Shown: positions 29,318-38,701 of the stretch, in pieces
How the letters are laid out: every line of letters starts with the position of its first letter
Position numbering within the stretch: position 1 is the first letter of the stretch
DNA from: Candidatus Aminicenantales bacterium
Lineage (GTDB): Bacteria; Acidobacteriota; Aminicenantia; Aminicenantales; Saccharicenantaceae
Direction: 5' to 3'
NCBI GenBank assembly: GCA_049512315.1
Contig: JBEKXF010000005.1
Coordinates: 124,001-162,866 of the forward strand
Length of the DNA: 38,866 bases
Notes under the pieces: generated by a model
Seen by the model: only the letters and a program-made list of their open reading frames with translations
Database searches by the model: none
Told to the model about the DNA's origin: nothing
Made by a program: the position numbers and the translations under genes

Positions 29318-29803
29318 TTGCTTAGACAAGGGGTGACCCTATTTCTTATTTTCATGTCCATTTTTCAATGCCGCCCGCAGAACATAAAAACAGAGGATTC
29401 AACAAAAACCGTTGATAATTTATATCCTCAATCTCAATCGCCAAGCTCATTGTGTGGTGAAGAAGGTTTTACTCGGTCCGATGATGAAAATTTATTAGAT
29501 GAAATATGGAAGCCTTTTGTCGTGCGAGAGATCAAAGGCAAAATCATTAATAAGGCTGGCGATGATGGATGGCCAAAAGATGCTCGAGTGTTGCTCGAGA
29601 TTCGAGGAATAGTGAAAGACAGTCAAATCAAGAGAAGTTATGCAGATGAAAAAGGGAACTTCGTCATGAAGAATATTCCCGAAGGCCGATATTGCTTTAG
29701 AGCCCATGCTGTTGGTTGGCAGGTGGTTATGGGAATAATCATAGTCGACAAAAAGGCTGATCCAAATAATAAGATCGTTTTTACAATGCCATTGGGGTTT
29801 TAA
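29318..29803 (+). CDS. Putative lipoprotein with carboxypeptidase-regulatory-like (prealbumin-fold) domain
   Basis: TTG start with AAGGGAG SD; LFLIFMSIFQC; IKGKII...ADEKGNFVMKNIPEGRY. Confidence 0.7.
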   Translation: MLRQGVTLFLIFMSIFQCRPQNIKTEDSTKTVDNLYPQSQSPSSLCGEEGFTRSDDENLLDEIWKPFVVREIKGKIINKAGDDGWPKDARVLLEIRGIVKDSQIKRSYADEKGNFVMKNIPEGRYCFRAHAVGWQVVMGIIIVDKKADPNNKIVFTMPLGF

Positions 29804-29858
29804 TTCTGAGAGAACTATAAACGGACTTCACACGCATCCGGGACAAGAGGCTAGGAGA

Positions 29859-30016
29859 GGCAGTGTAAGGAAAACTGTGCAAACCTCCTTGGACGGGTAA
29901 AACGAATCAAGGACTGGGCTATGATATACTCCAAAACGATAATTTATTTTGGCGACCCTTTGGGGGAATGTGCTTAAGTGCGAAGAAGGGGGTTGCACAG
30001 AATATCTGACACTCTT
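29859..30016 (+). mobile_element. IS256-family internally deleted element (MITE-like, about 158 bp)
   Basis: Imperfect TIRs GGCAGTGTAAGGAAAACTGTGCAA and TTGCACAGAATATCTGACACTC; interior encodes the degenerate transposase tail IKDWAMIYS..IIYFGDPL. Confidence 0.72.
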
Positions 30017-30149
30017 ATCTCTGGATTTGATATCGTGTCCTTGGAATTCTGGGCATCATCTAACCTCATGATCTAGCCAGACATGAAAAAATTCTATCGG
30101 TAATATTGGGAAAAAGTAATTTTCTGTCGGCTAATATTTTCAGTATACG

Positions 30150-30171
30150 TAGATTATTCATGAATAATCTA
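30150..30171. promoter_or_regulatory. Perfect 22-bp palindrome, candidate operator
   Basis: TAGATTATTCATGAATAATCTA. Confidence 0.45.
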
Positions 30172-30320
30172 GGCACATCTGCATTCCAGATTTGGTGTCG
30201 TCCAGCTCCCGGCTGCTTAAGGCTCTCCGTCGGCCCAGGAGATTTTTGGGGGGATGGGCTCCTTGTTTCCTCCCCAAAGATATGCTATCGTCCCGGGGGA
30301 GTGACAGAGGAGGGGCTTTC

Positions 30321-31124
30321 TTGATTATTGTAGGTGAACGTCTCAATTCCAGCCGCAAGGTCGTCCTCGAGGCCCTCCAAACAAAAGACGCCGACTATCT
30401 CTGCAGTCAAGCGCTCGCCCAGGAGAAAGCAAAGGCGGCGTACATAGATCTCAACGTGGCGGCCATGATGGAGAAGGAGATTGATACGCTCTTATGGGCC
30501 ATCCCGTTTCTTCAACGTGCCGTCAAAGCACCGCTGGCTCTAGACACGCCGAATCCTGATGCTATGGAGGCAGCGCTCAAGGTTCATCAGGGGCGGGCAC
30601 TCGTGAACTCCCTTTCCGACGACAGCACTTCTCTCGAAGCCCTAGTGCCGCTTATCAGGCGATATCGGCCCCGCGTGATCGCTCTTTGTCTGAACAAGGA
30701 AGGGCCTCCTGAAAGCGCCAATATGGCCGTTTCCAGGGCTCAAAAAATGGCCGATATCCTTCAATCAGCCGGTCTCCACCCCGAAGATATCTTCATAGAC
30801 CCGCTCGTGAGACCGATCGCTGTTGACCATAAAAGCGGGACGGTTTTTCTTGAATCTGTGGCGAGAATCAAGAGTTCACTCCCAGGGATCAGGACGATAG
30901 CCGGGGTCAGCAACGTATCGTTCGGCCTTCCTCAGCGCCGGCTTCTCAACCGGACGCTTCTGATCCTGGCTATGTCGAAAGGCTTGGACGCCGCGATCTG
31001 CGACCCCCTCGATGGGGACGTTCAGGCCTCACTCGCCGCCTCCGAGGCTCTATTAGGGCAAGACCCTTCTCTTAAGAAATATCTAAGTTACATCCGGGAA
31101 CAGGCGAAAAAGTCAGGAGCGTAA
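30321..31124 (+). CDS. Methyltetrahydrofolate:corrinoid methyltransferase (MeTr/AcsE-like, MetH pterin-binding domain)
   Basis: IIVGERLNSSR, YIDLN, LALDT, LVNS, IFIDPLV, GVSNVSFGLP, GLDAAICDP; TTG start after GAGGAGG. Confidence 0.9.
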   Translation: MIIVGERLNSSRKVVLEALQTKDADYLCSQALAQEKAKAAYIDLNVAAMMEKEIDTLLWAIPFLQRAVKAPLALDTPNPDAMEAALKVHQGRALVNSLSDDSTSLEALVPLIRRYRPRVIALCLNKEGPPESANMAVSRAQKMADILQSAGLHPEDIFIDPLVRPIAVDHKSGTVFLESVARIKSSLPGIRTIAGVSNVSFGLPQRRLLNRTLLILAMSKGLDAAICDPLDGDVQASLAASEALLGQDPSLKKYLSYIREQAKKSGA

Positions 31125-31131
31125 GCCAGGC

Positions 31132-32970
31132 CTACAGCGCCTGCAAGACCTCTAGAGCCAGGTCATACTTTCCCAGGGGCGGGCTTATCTGAACACCCTG
31201 GACCATGCCCTTGATCCCACTCAAAATCTCCCGGGCGATATCTACGCCTTCCCGGCGGGCGCTCTCGGGACTCTGATCCTGAGCGCGGCGCATCCGCTCC
31301 ATGATTTCGGCTGGGATCGAGGTGCCGGGCACCTCATTGTGCATGAACTCGGTGTTCCTTAAGCTCCACAGCGGCCAGATGCCCCCGAGAATGGGAATCC
31401 CGCACGACCCGGTCCTCTTGAGGAATTGCTCGAGAAGGCGGACATCGAAAACGGGCTGGGTGATGGCGAATTCAGCCCCGGCTTCCACTTTCCGCTCGAA
31501 CCGGCGAATTTCGTTGTTCAGGTCTATAGCCCCCGGGTTGACGCCGACGCCGATCAGGAACGAGGTCGGCTTTTCCAACTTTTTCCCGCCGATATCGAAT
31601 CCGCGGTTCAGGCAGCTGACAAAACCAGCGAGGCCGATCGAATCCACATCAAAAACCGCCGTGGCGTCCGGGTAATCTCCGAGTTTGGGCGGGTCGCCTG
31701 TTATGATCAGAACATTCCGCACATGTTGGGCTTGCAGGCCCAGAAAATCCGATTGCATCCCGAGGAGGTTCCGGTCGCGGCACGTGTAGTGCAGGATGAT
31801 GTCCATTTTCGTGGATGCCGTCAGAATGGAGGCCAGGACCATGGGGCTCATCCGGGCGCTGGCCCGGGGCCCATCGGGAATGTTTATCCCATCCACGCCG
31901 TGCTTCTCGAGTTTCCGGACGGCCTCGATCGCCTGGGAGGGGTCATGCCCGCGGGGCGGCACGACTTCGACGCTGGTCACAAATTTCCTGCCCTCGAGTT
32001 TTTTCCCGAGGGCGGACTTCTTGCCCATCGGAATTTGTGGCACGCCTTGGGCTTCGGAAAGATGTATGGCGGCCGCCATTGCCCGTCGGGGCGGCTGCAA
32101 AGCTTTTATCGCAGCTCTCATGGCTTTGATATGAGCCGGAGTCGTGCCGCAACATCCGCCGATAATCCTCACTCCTGTCATGATGAAGCGTTTGGCGTAT
32201 TCGGCCATGTAATCGGGCGAACAGAGATAGAGATTTCGTCCGTCGACCTCCCGGGGAATGCCGGCATTGGGCATGGCCGATAGGGGAAGGGCGGTGACCT
32301 TCACCATCCGCTCGACGCATTGGAGCATGGGGGCGGGCCCGACACTGCAATTAACCCCAATAACCTGTGTCCCCAGGCTCTCGAGCTCATTGGTAAAGAC
32401 TTCCGGACTCGTGCCGTAGAGGCTGTTGCCGTCTTCTCCGATGGTCATCTCGGCGATAACGGGGACATCTGGAGCTGCCTTCCGAAGTCCCCGGACGGCA
32501 CGCTCGATTTCGTGGACGTCCGCGAACGTTTCTAAAATGAAAACGTCAACCCGGCCTTCCTGAAGAGCCCGGGCTTGCTCGGCGAACGCGTCTTCGGCTT
32601 CTTCGGCCGCGAGCTGGCCCCATGGTTCGACCTTGACACCAAGGGGGCCTATCGAACCGGCCAGAAATACGTCCGCGCCGGCCTCCTCACGCGCGATCCG
32701 TGCGCCAGCGCGGTTGATTTCCGCGACCTTATCGTTCAGGCCGTACTTCTTGAGCTTGAAGCGGTTGGCTCCAAATGTGTTGGTTTCGATGATATCCGCG
32801 CCGCTCCGGACATATTCGCGGTGGACCTCTTGAATGATGCCGGGATTGGTCAGGTTGAGTTCATCGAAACAGGTGTTCAGGTAAATGCCCTTGCTGTAGA
32901 GCATGGTCCCCATGCCGCCGTCGCCAAGCAGGACCCTCTCAGCAAGCGCATCCAGGAAAGAGTTCTTAAT
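31132..32970 (-). CDS. yitJ: Bifunctional homocysteine S-methyltransferase / methylenetetrahydrofolate reductase (YitJ-like)
   Basis: RVLLGDGGMGT, ETNTFGAN, GVNCSVGP, IGGCCGTTP; MTHFR part HYTCRDRN, ITGDPP, AITQPVF. Start inferred at ATT 32970. Confidence 0.92.
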   Translation of the reverse strand: MKNSFLDALAERVLLGDGGMGTMLYSKGIYLNTCFDELNLTNPGIIQEVHREYVRSGADIIETNTFGANRFKLKKYGLNDKVAEINRAGARIAREEAGADVFLAGSIGPLGVKVEPWGQLAAEEAEDAFAEQARALQEGRVDVFILETFADVHEIERAVRGLRKAAPDVPVIAEMTIGEDGNSLYGTSPEVFTNELESLGTQVIGVNCSVGPAPMLQCVERMVKVTALPLSAMPNAGIPREVDGRNLYLCSPDYMAEYAKRFIMTGVRIIGGCCGTTPAHIKAMRAAIKALQPPRRAMAAAIHLSEAQGVPQIPMGKKSALGKKLEGRKFVTSVEVVPPRGHDPSQAIEAVRKLEKHGVDGINIPDGPRASARMSPMVLASILTASTKMDIILHYTCRDRNLLGMQSDFLGLQAQHVRNVLIITGDPPKLGDYPDATAVFDVDSIGLAGFVSCLNRGFDIGGKKLEKPTSFLIGVGVNPGAIDLNNEIRRFERKVEAGAEFAITQPVFDVRLLEQFLKRTGSCGIPILGGIWPLWSLRNTEFMHNEVPGTSIPAEIMERMRRAQDQSPESARREGVDIAREILSGIKGMVQGVQISPPLGKYDLALEVLQAL

Positions 32971-33010
32971 GGGTTGTCTCCCCGATTCAACGTTATTTCG
33001 TTACAGAGCG

Positions 33011-33040
33011 ATTATAGAGAGCAGTCTCGCGGGAAGTCAA
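33011..33040 (-). promoter_or_regulatory. Sigma70-type promoter of the yitJ-like gene
   Basis: TTGACT-18 bp-TATAAT on the minus strand. Confidence 0.7.
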
Positions 33041-33079
33041 ATCGCCAGGCCCAGTCCAGATGCTTCCGTTCGAAGGCCA

Positions 33080-33316
33080 CAGGGAGTACGAATGGACGTT
33101 GAAGTAGACGAACGTGCGCAGGCCTCGGTTCCTGGCTTCCGCGAGGTATCTTTTCAGGTACAACTGGGATTTCTGACCGGCCGGCTTAAAGACGCCGTTG
33201 TCGTCCAACGCGTCGATCAAACCCAGTGCTCCAAAATGCTCGGCGTTGTAGAGGTGGTCGGCTTTGAAGGCAGCCAACTGCTCCGGAGACTGGGACTTGA
33301 ACAAGTCGCCGGTCAC
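33080..33316 (-). pseudogene. Gene remnant, possibly glycoside-hydrolase-like TIM barrel
   Basis: YLAEARNRGLRTFVYFNVH resembles GH barrel segments; no complete gene. Confidence 0.35.
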
Positions 33317-33478
33317 GACCAGGTTCAGGGCGAGCTTGGCGAGCGAGGGTTTTCGATGTTATCCGGTCAATCGCTTTTTCCTTTCACTTGGAGCAACTCC
33401 GAGCGGCCCGTGTTAGACCTTCCTGGTTTTATGCTAGACTCCGCCCGGATTTCATTAGGGGCGAGCCGGACGGCGGCT

Positions 33479-34876
33479 TCACGGCCGTCGCCTCTCTTGA
33501 AAGAATTCCTGGTGAAGGGCATGAACCGTTTTTTCCAGGTCCGGCCGTTTCACAATGAAATAGGAAGCCACCTCCGATGCCCCAGTCGAGATCATCTCCA
33601 CGTTGACCCCCGCCTTGGATACCGATGAAAAGATCCTGGCCGCTAGCCCTTTTTGCCGGAGAAGCCCCTCGCCCACCGCGGCAACCAGGACGATACCGTC
33701 CTCGAGGTCCACGCGTTCGATGACCCCGCCCCTCTCAGTCTTGAGGGCTTCATGGCTCCGGAAGGCGTCCTTGCGGTCCACGAGCAGGTTGATGCAGGTT
33801 TGCGAGGTGATGATGGAATAGATATTGATGCCCAGGGCGGAGAGCCTGTGGCCGATGGTCCCGATGATGCCCGGCTTGTATCCCACGCCCGGCCCGTGGA
33901 TCCTCAACAGGACGATGTCCGGGTTGAAAGCCACGCTTTTGATCACGTCGTTCTTGACCGAGCCGTTGGGCAGGACTTCTGTGCCCGGATTGTCCGGGTG
34001 CCACAGGTTTTTGATTTCCACAGTGATGGGCAGTCCATGCAGAGGCTCGAGGGTGCGGGGATGGAGGATTCTGGCGCCGAAATAGGAAAGTTCGGCTGCC
34101 TCGTAGTAAGACAACCGGTCGATCTTCCGGGCTTGGGGCTCGAGCTTGGGGTCGGCGCTCATGAAACCCTCGACATCCTTCCAGATCTCGAGTCGCGAGG
34201 CGCCTAGGCCGGCGGCCACCGCAGCCGCGCTGTAATCCGTTCCGTTCCGGCCGAACGTGGCGACCTTTCCCCTAGGATTGATCCCAAAGAACCCGGTGAC
34301 GACATCCACCGCATCATGGCGGCCGAGGCCCGGCTTCAGACGTTTCAGGGCGCGCCTGAACCCGGGCAGGTCGACGGTGGCGTTCTCGACGACATCGTCC
34401 GTCAGCATTCCGATCTTGTCGCTTTCGACCGGCCTGGCCGGAGTTCTCCGGTCGATCAAAAGCGCGGCCAGAAGGAACGCGGCCAGCCGCTCCCCGAAGC
34501 TCAGAACGTGCGAGCGCGTCGCCGGCGTGACTTCGGCCGTGTACGAGATCCCATAGAGGAGCTTTCCCACTTTTTTAAGCGCTGTCTCCACATACCTGGA
34601 CAGGTCGCGCCTGACGTCGGCATTCTTGATCATGGTCCTTATCAGGCTGTCGTGGACGGCCTGTATCCTCTGGACATCGGCAGTGACGCCCCGTTCGTTC
34701 CGCTCGGCCTGGCTGCAGGCCTCGATGAGCATGTCGGTGACGCCCGTAACCGCCGAAACGACCACGACCGGCCGCTCCTTCTCGCGCCCGATGATCGCCG
34801 CGGCCTGGCTGATACTCCTGGCGTCCTTGAAGCATCCCCCGCCGAACTTCATGACCTTCATGGTGGCCCTCCTCAT
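33479..34876 (-). CDS. lysC: Aspartate kinase
   Basis: VMKFGG, VVVVSA..GVTD, GERL, GRNGTDYSA, DVEGFMSADP, LSYFGARILHP and two ACT domains. Confidence 0.93.
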   Translation of the reverse strand: MRRATMKVMKFGGGCFKDARSISQAAAIIGREKERPVVVVSAVTGVTDMLIEACSQAERNERGVTADVQRIQAVHDSLIRTMIKNADVRRDLSRYVETALKKVGKLLYGISYTAEVTPATRSHVLSFGERLAAFLLAALLIDRRTPARPVESDKIGMLTDDVVENATVDLPGFRRALKRLKPGLGRHDAVDVVTGFFGINPRGKVATFGRNGTDYSAAAVAAGLGASRLEIWKDVEGFMSADPKLEPQARKIDRLSYYEAAELSYFGARILHPRTLEPLHGLPITVEIKNLWHPDNPGTEVLPNGSVKNDVIKSVAFNPDIVLLRIHGPGVGYKPGIIGTIGHRLSALGINIYSIITSQTCINLLVDRKDAFRSHEALKTERGGVIERVDLEDGIVLVAAVGEGLLRQKGLAARIFSSVSKAGVNVEMISTGASEVASYFIVKRPDLEKTVHALHQEFFQERRRP

Positions 34877-34886
34877 TCGCTTGCCC

Positions 34887-35978
34887 TTAATGCAGGATCC
34901 CGCAGCGGAAGGCCAGTTCGGCGTTCAAAAGACATGTTCCGGCCGCGCCGCGGATGGTGTTATGGACAAGGGCAAAACAATTCAGAACCCGTCCCTTTTT
35001 CCTGAGCCGTCCTACGGTCACGGCCATGCCCCGGGCTCTCTCCGGCCGACCCGCCATGGCATCCAGGAGGGGTTGGGGCCTGTCATCCTCGGACCGGACG
35101 ATGAGAGGCCTCTCCGGCGCGGAGGGCAGCTTCAAGTCCTGGGGCGCGCTGCGGAACGACGAAAGGGCGTCCGCCACCTCGTTCAGGCCGGGCTCGGAGG
35201 CTAGGTCGAGTCTCAGGCTCAGCAGATGGCCGTCGCGGACAGGCACCCGGCAACAGCTGGCGTTGATGGCTAAGTCGCGCTCCTTGACCCTTTCCCCGTT
35301 ACTGCTGCCCAGGATCTTGCGTGATTCGCAAGCCATCTTTTCCTCTTCGTCGCGGATGAAAGGGATGATGTTGGCGTCGATGTCCATGGCCGCGACCCCA
35401 CGGCGGCCGGCGCCGGAGACGGCCTGATAGGTGGCCACGGTCACGGCTTCGAGCCCGAACCGCTCCAGAGGCTTGAGGACCATGACCAGACCCGAGGTCG
35501 AGCAGTTGGAATTGGTGATAATCGCCCCGCCGAACTCCGAGACCTGGCGGCGGGCCAGCTCCATGTGCCCCGGGTTGACCTCCGGGACAAGAAGGGGCAC
35601 ATCGTCGTCCAGGCGCCGGCACGAGGCGTTGGAAAAAACGTATAACCCCCGGCGGCGCAATTCCGGCTCGAGCGCGCTCGAGACCGAGGACGGCAAGGCG
35701 TTGAAGACAACCCGGGCGCCGCTCGTCATCACGCCCTCGGCCGACGTACTCAGGATGGTCCTGTCCCTCAGATATTCGGGGGCGTCGCCTCCGAAGAACC
35801 AGCTGACTGCCTGGCCGTAGGCCTTTCCGGCGGACCGGGGGGACGACGTCAGCGCGACCAGTTCGAAATAGGGATGCTTGTCGAGCATCCGGACGAATTG
35901 CTGGCCAACCAGACCCGTACAGCCCAACAGAGCGGCTTTGACCTTCGTCGCGGTGTGTTCTGTGTTCAAGTTCTTCAT
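34887..35978 (-). CDS. asd: Aspartate-semialdehyde dehydrogenase (archaeal/eukaryote-like type)
   Basis: LGCTGLVGQQF, NSNCST, YQAVSGAG, CCRVPVRDGH, DRPQP, HNTIRGAAG. Confidence 0.95.
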   Translation of the reverse strand: MKNLNTEHTATKVKAALLGCTGLVGQQFVRMLDKHPYFELVALTSSPRSAGKAYGQAVSWFFGGDAPEYLRDRTILSTSAEGVMTSGARVVFNALPSSVSSALEPELRRRGLYVFSNASCRRLDDDVPLLVPEVNPGHMELARRQVSEFGGAIITNSNCSTSGLVMVLKPLERFGLEAVTVATYQAVSGAGRRGVAAMDIDANIIPFIRDEEEKMACESRKILGSSNGERVKERDLAINASCCRVPVRDGHLLSLRLDLASEPGLNEVADALSSFRSAPQDLKLPSAPERPLIVRSEDDRPQPLLDAMAGRPERARGMAVTVGRLRKKGRVLNCFALVHNTIRGAAGTCLLNAELAFRCGILH

Positions 35979-35982
35979 GGTG

Positions 35983-36906
35983 TCATCCTTTCCGGCCCAG
36001 CGCTTGCGGCCCGTCGAACGAAGCGCTGTTGTGAATGAACCTGATCCATTGCGAGAAGAATTCGGCACCATGGCTCTTCCAGCGATTAGCCGGATGCGCC
36101 AAGTCCAGGTTCTTGGGCGGCTCCACGCCCGGCTTGTTGGCTTTGACATCCCGCTGGTATTCATCGACGAGCCGCTGGGCGTCGTACTCGGGATGTCCCA
36201 GGTGCATCAGGAAGCGATGGTCGGCGCTTTCGAAGATGGTGTAGCCCGCCTCGTCCGAATAGCCCAACAGGTTGACCGTCCCATGCACCCGCTCCCGTTC
36301 CATGACGACGTCCGGGATGCCCGAGAAGCGGCTCTGCGGGCACCAGAAGACATCGTCCATTTCTCCCGTGATGCGGTGGTTCAGGTCGAGGTTTCTCGTT
36401 TCGAACACCCCGAAGAGCTTCCGGGGAAAGACGACCTTATCGATGCCCAGCTGCTTGGCCAGGGCCAGCCCTCCCCAGCAGATCCCCAGGGTGATGGGGA
36501 TGTTCCGTCGCGCATAGCCGAGGATCTCCTGAGCCTCGCTCCAGTAGGCCACATCCTCGAAGGGGATGTCCTCGACCGGAGCGCCCGTCAGGATGAGACC
36601 GTCCAGCGGACTGCGCGCGATGGCCTCTTCGAAGGAAATGTACAGGTTCTTTAAATGCTCCCAGTCGCTGCTCTGGTACTTGTGGGTCTTCAACCGGATC
36701 CACACCGGGTCGATTTGGAGCACGGATCGGCCGAGCAGATGCAGCAGGCTGAACTCGTAGGCCTCTGCCTTGGGCATGATGTTGAGGATGCCGATCCTCA
36801 GGGCCCGGATATCCTCGCGGAGAGCCTCGTCCGGGTCGATGCACAAGATCCTCCGCTCGTTCAAAGCCCGGCGCAGATGATAATCCCTGGGAACGATGAT
36901 GGTCAT
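35983..36906 (-). CDS. metA: MetA-family homoserine O-acyltransferase, probably acetyl-CoA specific
   Basis: ILNIMP, TGAPVE (Glu at the specificity position, associated with acetyl use), GICWG, PQSR, GHPEY. Confidence 0.93.
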   Translation of the reverse strand: MTIIVPRDYHLRRALNERRILCIDPDEALREDIRALRIGILNIMPKAEAYEFSLLHLLGRSVLQIDPVWIRLKTHKYQSSDWEHLKNLYISFEEAIARSPLDGLILTGAPVEDIPFEDVAYWSEAQEILGYARRNIPITLGICWGGLALAKQLGIDKVVFPRKLFGVFETRNLDLNHRITGEMDDVFWCPQSRFSGIPDVVMERERVHGTVNLLGYSDEAGYTIFESADHRFLMHLGHPEYDAQRLVDEYQRDVKANKPGVEPPKNLDLAHPANRWKSHGAEFFSQWIRFIHNSASFDGPQALGRKG

Positions 36907-36935
36907 GATGTCTTCCTTCTCGTCGGCTTACGGCC

Positions 36936-38282
36936 TCAAACCCCGGCCAGGGCCTGGTCCAGGGCCTCGCTCAGGTCGTCCGGATGTTCCAACCCGACCG
37001 ACATTCTGACCATCTCGGGCGTCACGCCGCCAGCACGCTGCTGGTCCTCGGACAGTTGGGCGTGGGTCGTGCTGGCCGGATGGAGGATGAGGCTTTTGGC
37101 GTCACCGACATTGGCCAGATGCGAAAATAGAGTGATGGTGTCGATCAACTTGGCGGCGGCCTCGTACCCGCCCCGGAGCCCGAAAACGACCATGCCGCCG
37201 AAGCCGTTCTTCAGGTAACGTTCGGCCGTGACGTGCGACGGATCTCCCTCGAGTCCCGGATAACGAACCCAGGAGATCTTGGGATGACGCGCCAGGTGCC
37301 TGGCGATTTTCAGAGCATTTTCGCTGTGCCTGGCCATGCGCATAGGCAGGGTTTCGAGTCCCTGCAGGAAAAGCCAGGCGTTGTCGGGAGAGAGGCAGGC
37401 CCCCAGGTTGCGCAGGGGCACGCTTCTGAGCCGCAAAGCAAAGACCGTGGAAGCCAACGACTCGGGCAGGTCGTAGGCCCAGCGCAGGCCATGGTAGTTA
37501 TCGTCCGGCTCGGTAAAGACGGGGTGGCGTCCCGCCTTCCAATCGAAGCCCCCGGCTTCGGTCACGACCCCGCCGATGGCGACGCCGTGCCCTCCCAGCC
37601 ACTTAGTCAGGGAGTTGACGACGATATCCGCCCCGTATTCGATCGTGCGCAAAAGGTAGGGCGTGGTGAAAGTGCCGTCCACGATCAAGGGCAAGCCATG
37701 GCGATGGGCCAGGTCGGCCACCGCCCGGATGTCGGTCACGTCCAGCCCAGGGTTGCCGATCGTCTCGATGTACACCGCCCTGGTCTTGTCCGTAACGGCT
37801 CGTTCGATCGCCTTAAGCACATGGGGATCCACGAACTTGACAGTGATGCCCAACGCAGGGAGGATTGCATCGAACTGGGTGTAAGTTCCGCCGTAGAGAT
37901 TATTGGCCGCGATTATTTCGTCGCCGGCCCGGGCCAGGGTGATGACGGCGTAAAAAACGGCGGCCGTCCCCGAGGCCAAAGCCACCGAAGCCACACCCCC
38001 TTCGAGCTGGGTCACACGCTGCTCGAGGACGTCGGTGGTGGGGTTCATGATCCTCGTGTAAATATTCCCTGGCTCCTTGAAGGCGAACAGGTTGGCGGCG
38101 TGCTCAGTGTTCTTAAAAATAAAGGAACTTGTGCGATAGACCGGCACTCCGCGCGACAGGGTGGCGTCGGGAGTCTGTCCGGCGTGCAGGGCCAGTGTTT
38201 CAAACCGATAGTGTTTGGCGGCCGGGCCACTCCCGCACCGGTTCTGCCCTGATTCATTCGCGTCAACGACAGTTTTAGACAT
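36936..38282 (-). CDS. metY: O-acetylhomoserine aminocarboxypropyltransferase (sulfhydrylase)
   Basis: FETLALHAG, GNIYTRIMNPT, SLTKWLGGHG (PLP Lys), HLANVGDAKSLILHPASTTH. Confidence 0.95.
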   Translation of the reverse strand: MSKTVVDANESGQNRCGSGPAAKHYRFETLALHAGQTPDATLSRGVPVYRTSSFIFKNTEHAANLFAFKEPGNIYTRIMNPTTDVLEQRVTQLEGGVASVALASGTAAVFYAVITLARAGDEIIAANNLYGGTYTQFDAILPALGITVKFVDPHVLKAIERAVTDKTRAVYIETIGNPGLDVTDIRAVADLAHRHGLPLIVDGTFTTPYLLRTIEYGADIVVNSLTKWLGGHGVAIGGVVTEAGGFDWKAGRHPVFTEPDDNYHGLRWAYDLPESLASTVFALRLRSVPLRNLGACLSPDNAWLFLQGLETLPMRMARHSENALKIARHLARHPKISWVRYPGLEGDPSHVTAERYLKNGFGGMVVFGLRGGYEAAAKLIDTITLFSHLANVGDAKSLILHPASTTHAQLSEDQQRAGGVTPEMVRMSVGLEHPDDLSEALDQALAGV

Positions 38283-38316
38283 GTTTGACCTCCGAAAAAT
38301 TGAAGGGTTAGGGTAG

Positions 38317-38388
38317 AAAAAAGCCTTACCGAAGTTGGCTGGGGTGTCCCGAATACCGGCCTCCGCTCAGGAGTGCCGGATATTCGGG
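38317..38388 (-). terminator. Leader hairpins with U-tract (attenuator-like)
   Basis: Long stem CCCGAATA.CCGGC.CTC/GAGGCCGGTATTCGGG, then AGCC..TTCG..GGCT-TTTTTT upstream of metY. Confidence 0.6.
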
Positions 38389-38390
38389 CT

Positions 38391-38498
38391 TCACATTATC
38401 ATGCAGCCGGGGTGCTGCGAGATGCGGCAGAGAAAAAGGGAGGATCGAGACACTTCGTCTCTTCTGTTCGTCGCGAATCTCAAAACCACGTCACTCAT
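38391..38498 (-). CDS. Putative leader peptide ending Cys-Met-Ile-Met
   Basis: MSDVVLRFATNRRDEVSRSSLFLCRISQHPGCMIM*, lying between the promoter and the hairpins. Confidence 0.6.
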   Translation of the reverse strand: MSDVVLRFATNRRDEVSRSSLFLCRISQHPGCMIM

Positions 38499-38507
38499 TA
38501 GCCGCAT

Positions 38508-38536
38508 TTTATATCACAGCGAAAAGTTCATGTCAA
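38508..38536 (-). promoter_or_regulatory. Sigma70-type promoter of the met operon
   Basis: TTGACA-17 bp-TATAAA with an extended TG. Confidence 0.7.
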
Positions 38537-38701
38537 ATCAATTCGCAAGGTGACATCCCGGCCCTTGATCAATGCGATACAAGGCCCTTCCGGGCCGGAG
38601 GCCTTTCGGCCGGGCGGTGACGCGGTTTTAGTCTTTCTTGAACCTCAACGTTAAGCTCACTTCGAACGCGGAAAAGCAGGTCTTAGCGCGCTTTCCCCAA
38701 C

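Noticed and set aside
38300..38500. SAM riboswitch or T-box upstream of metY
   Set aside because: No recognisable SAM-I (ATC.AGAG...GAT) or T-box (GGTGGTACC) core by eye; needs an Rfam scan to exclude fully.
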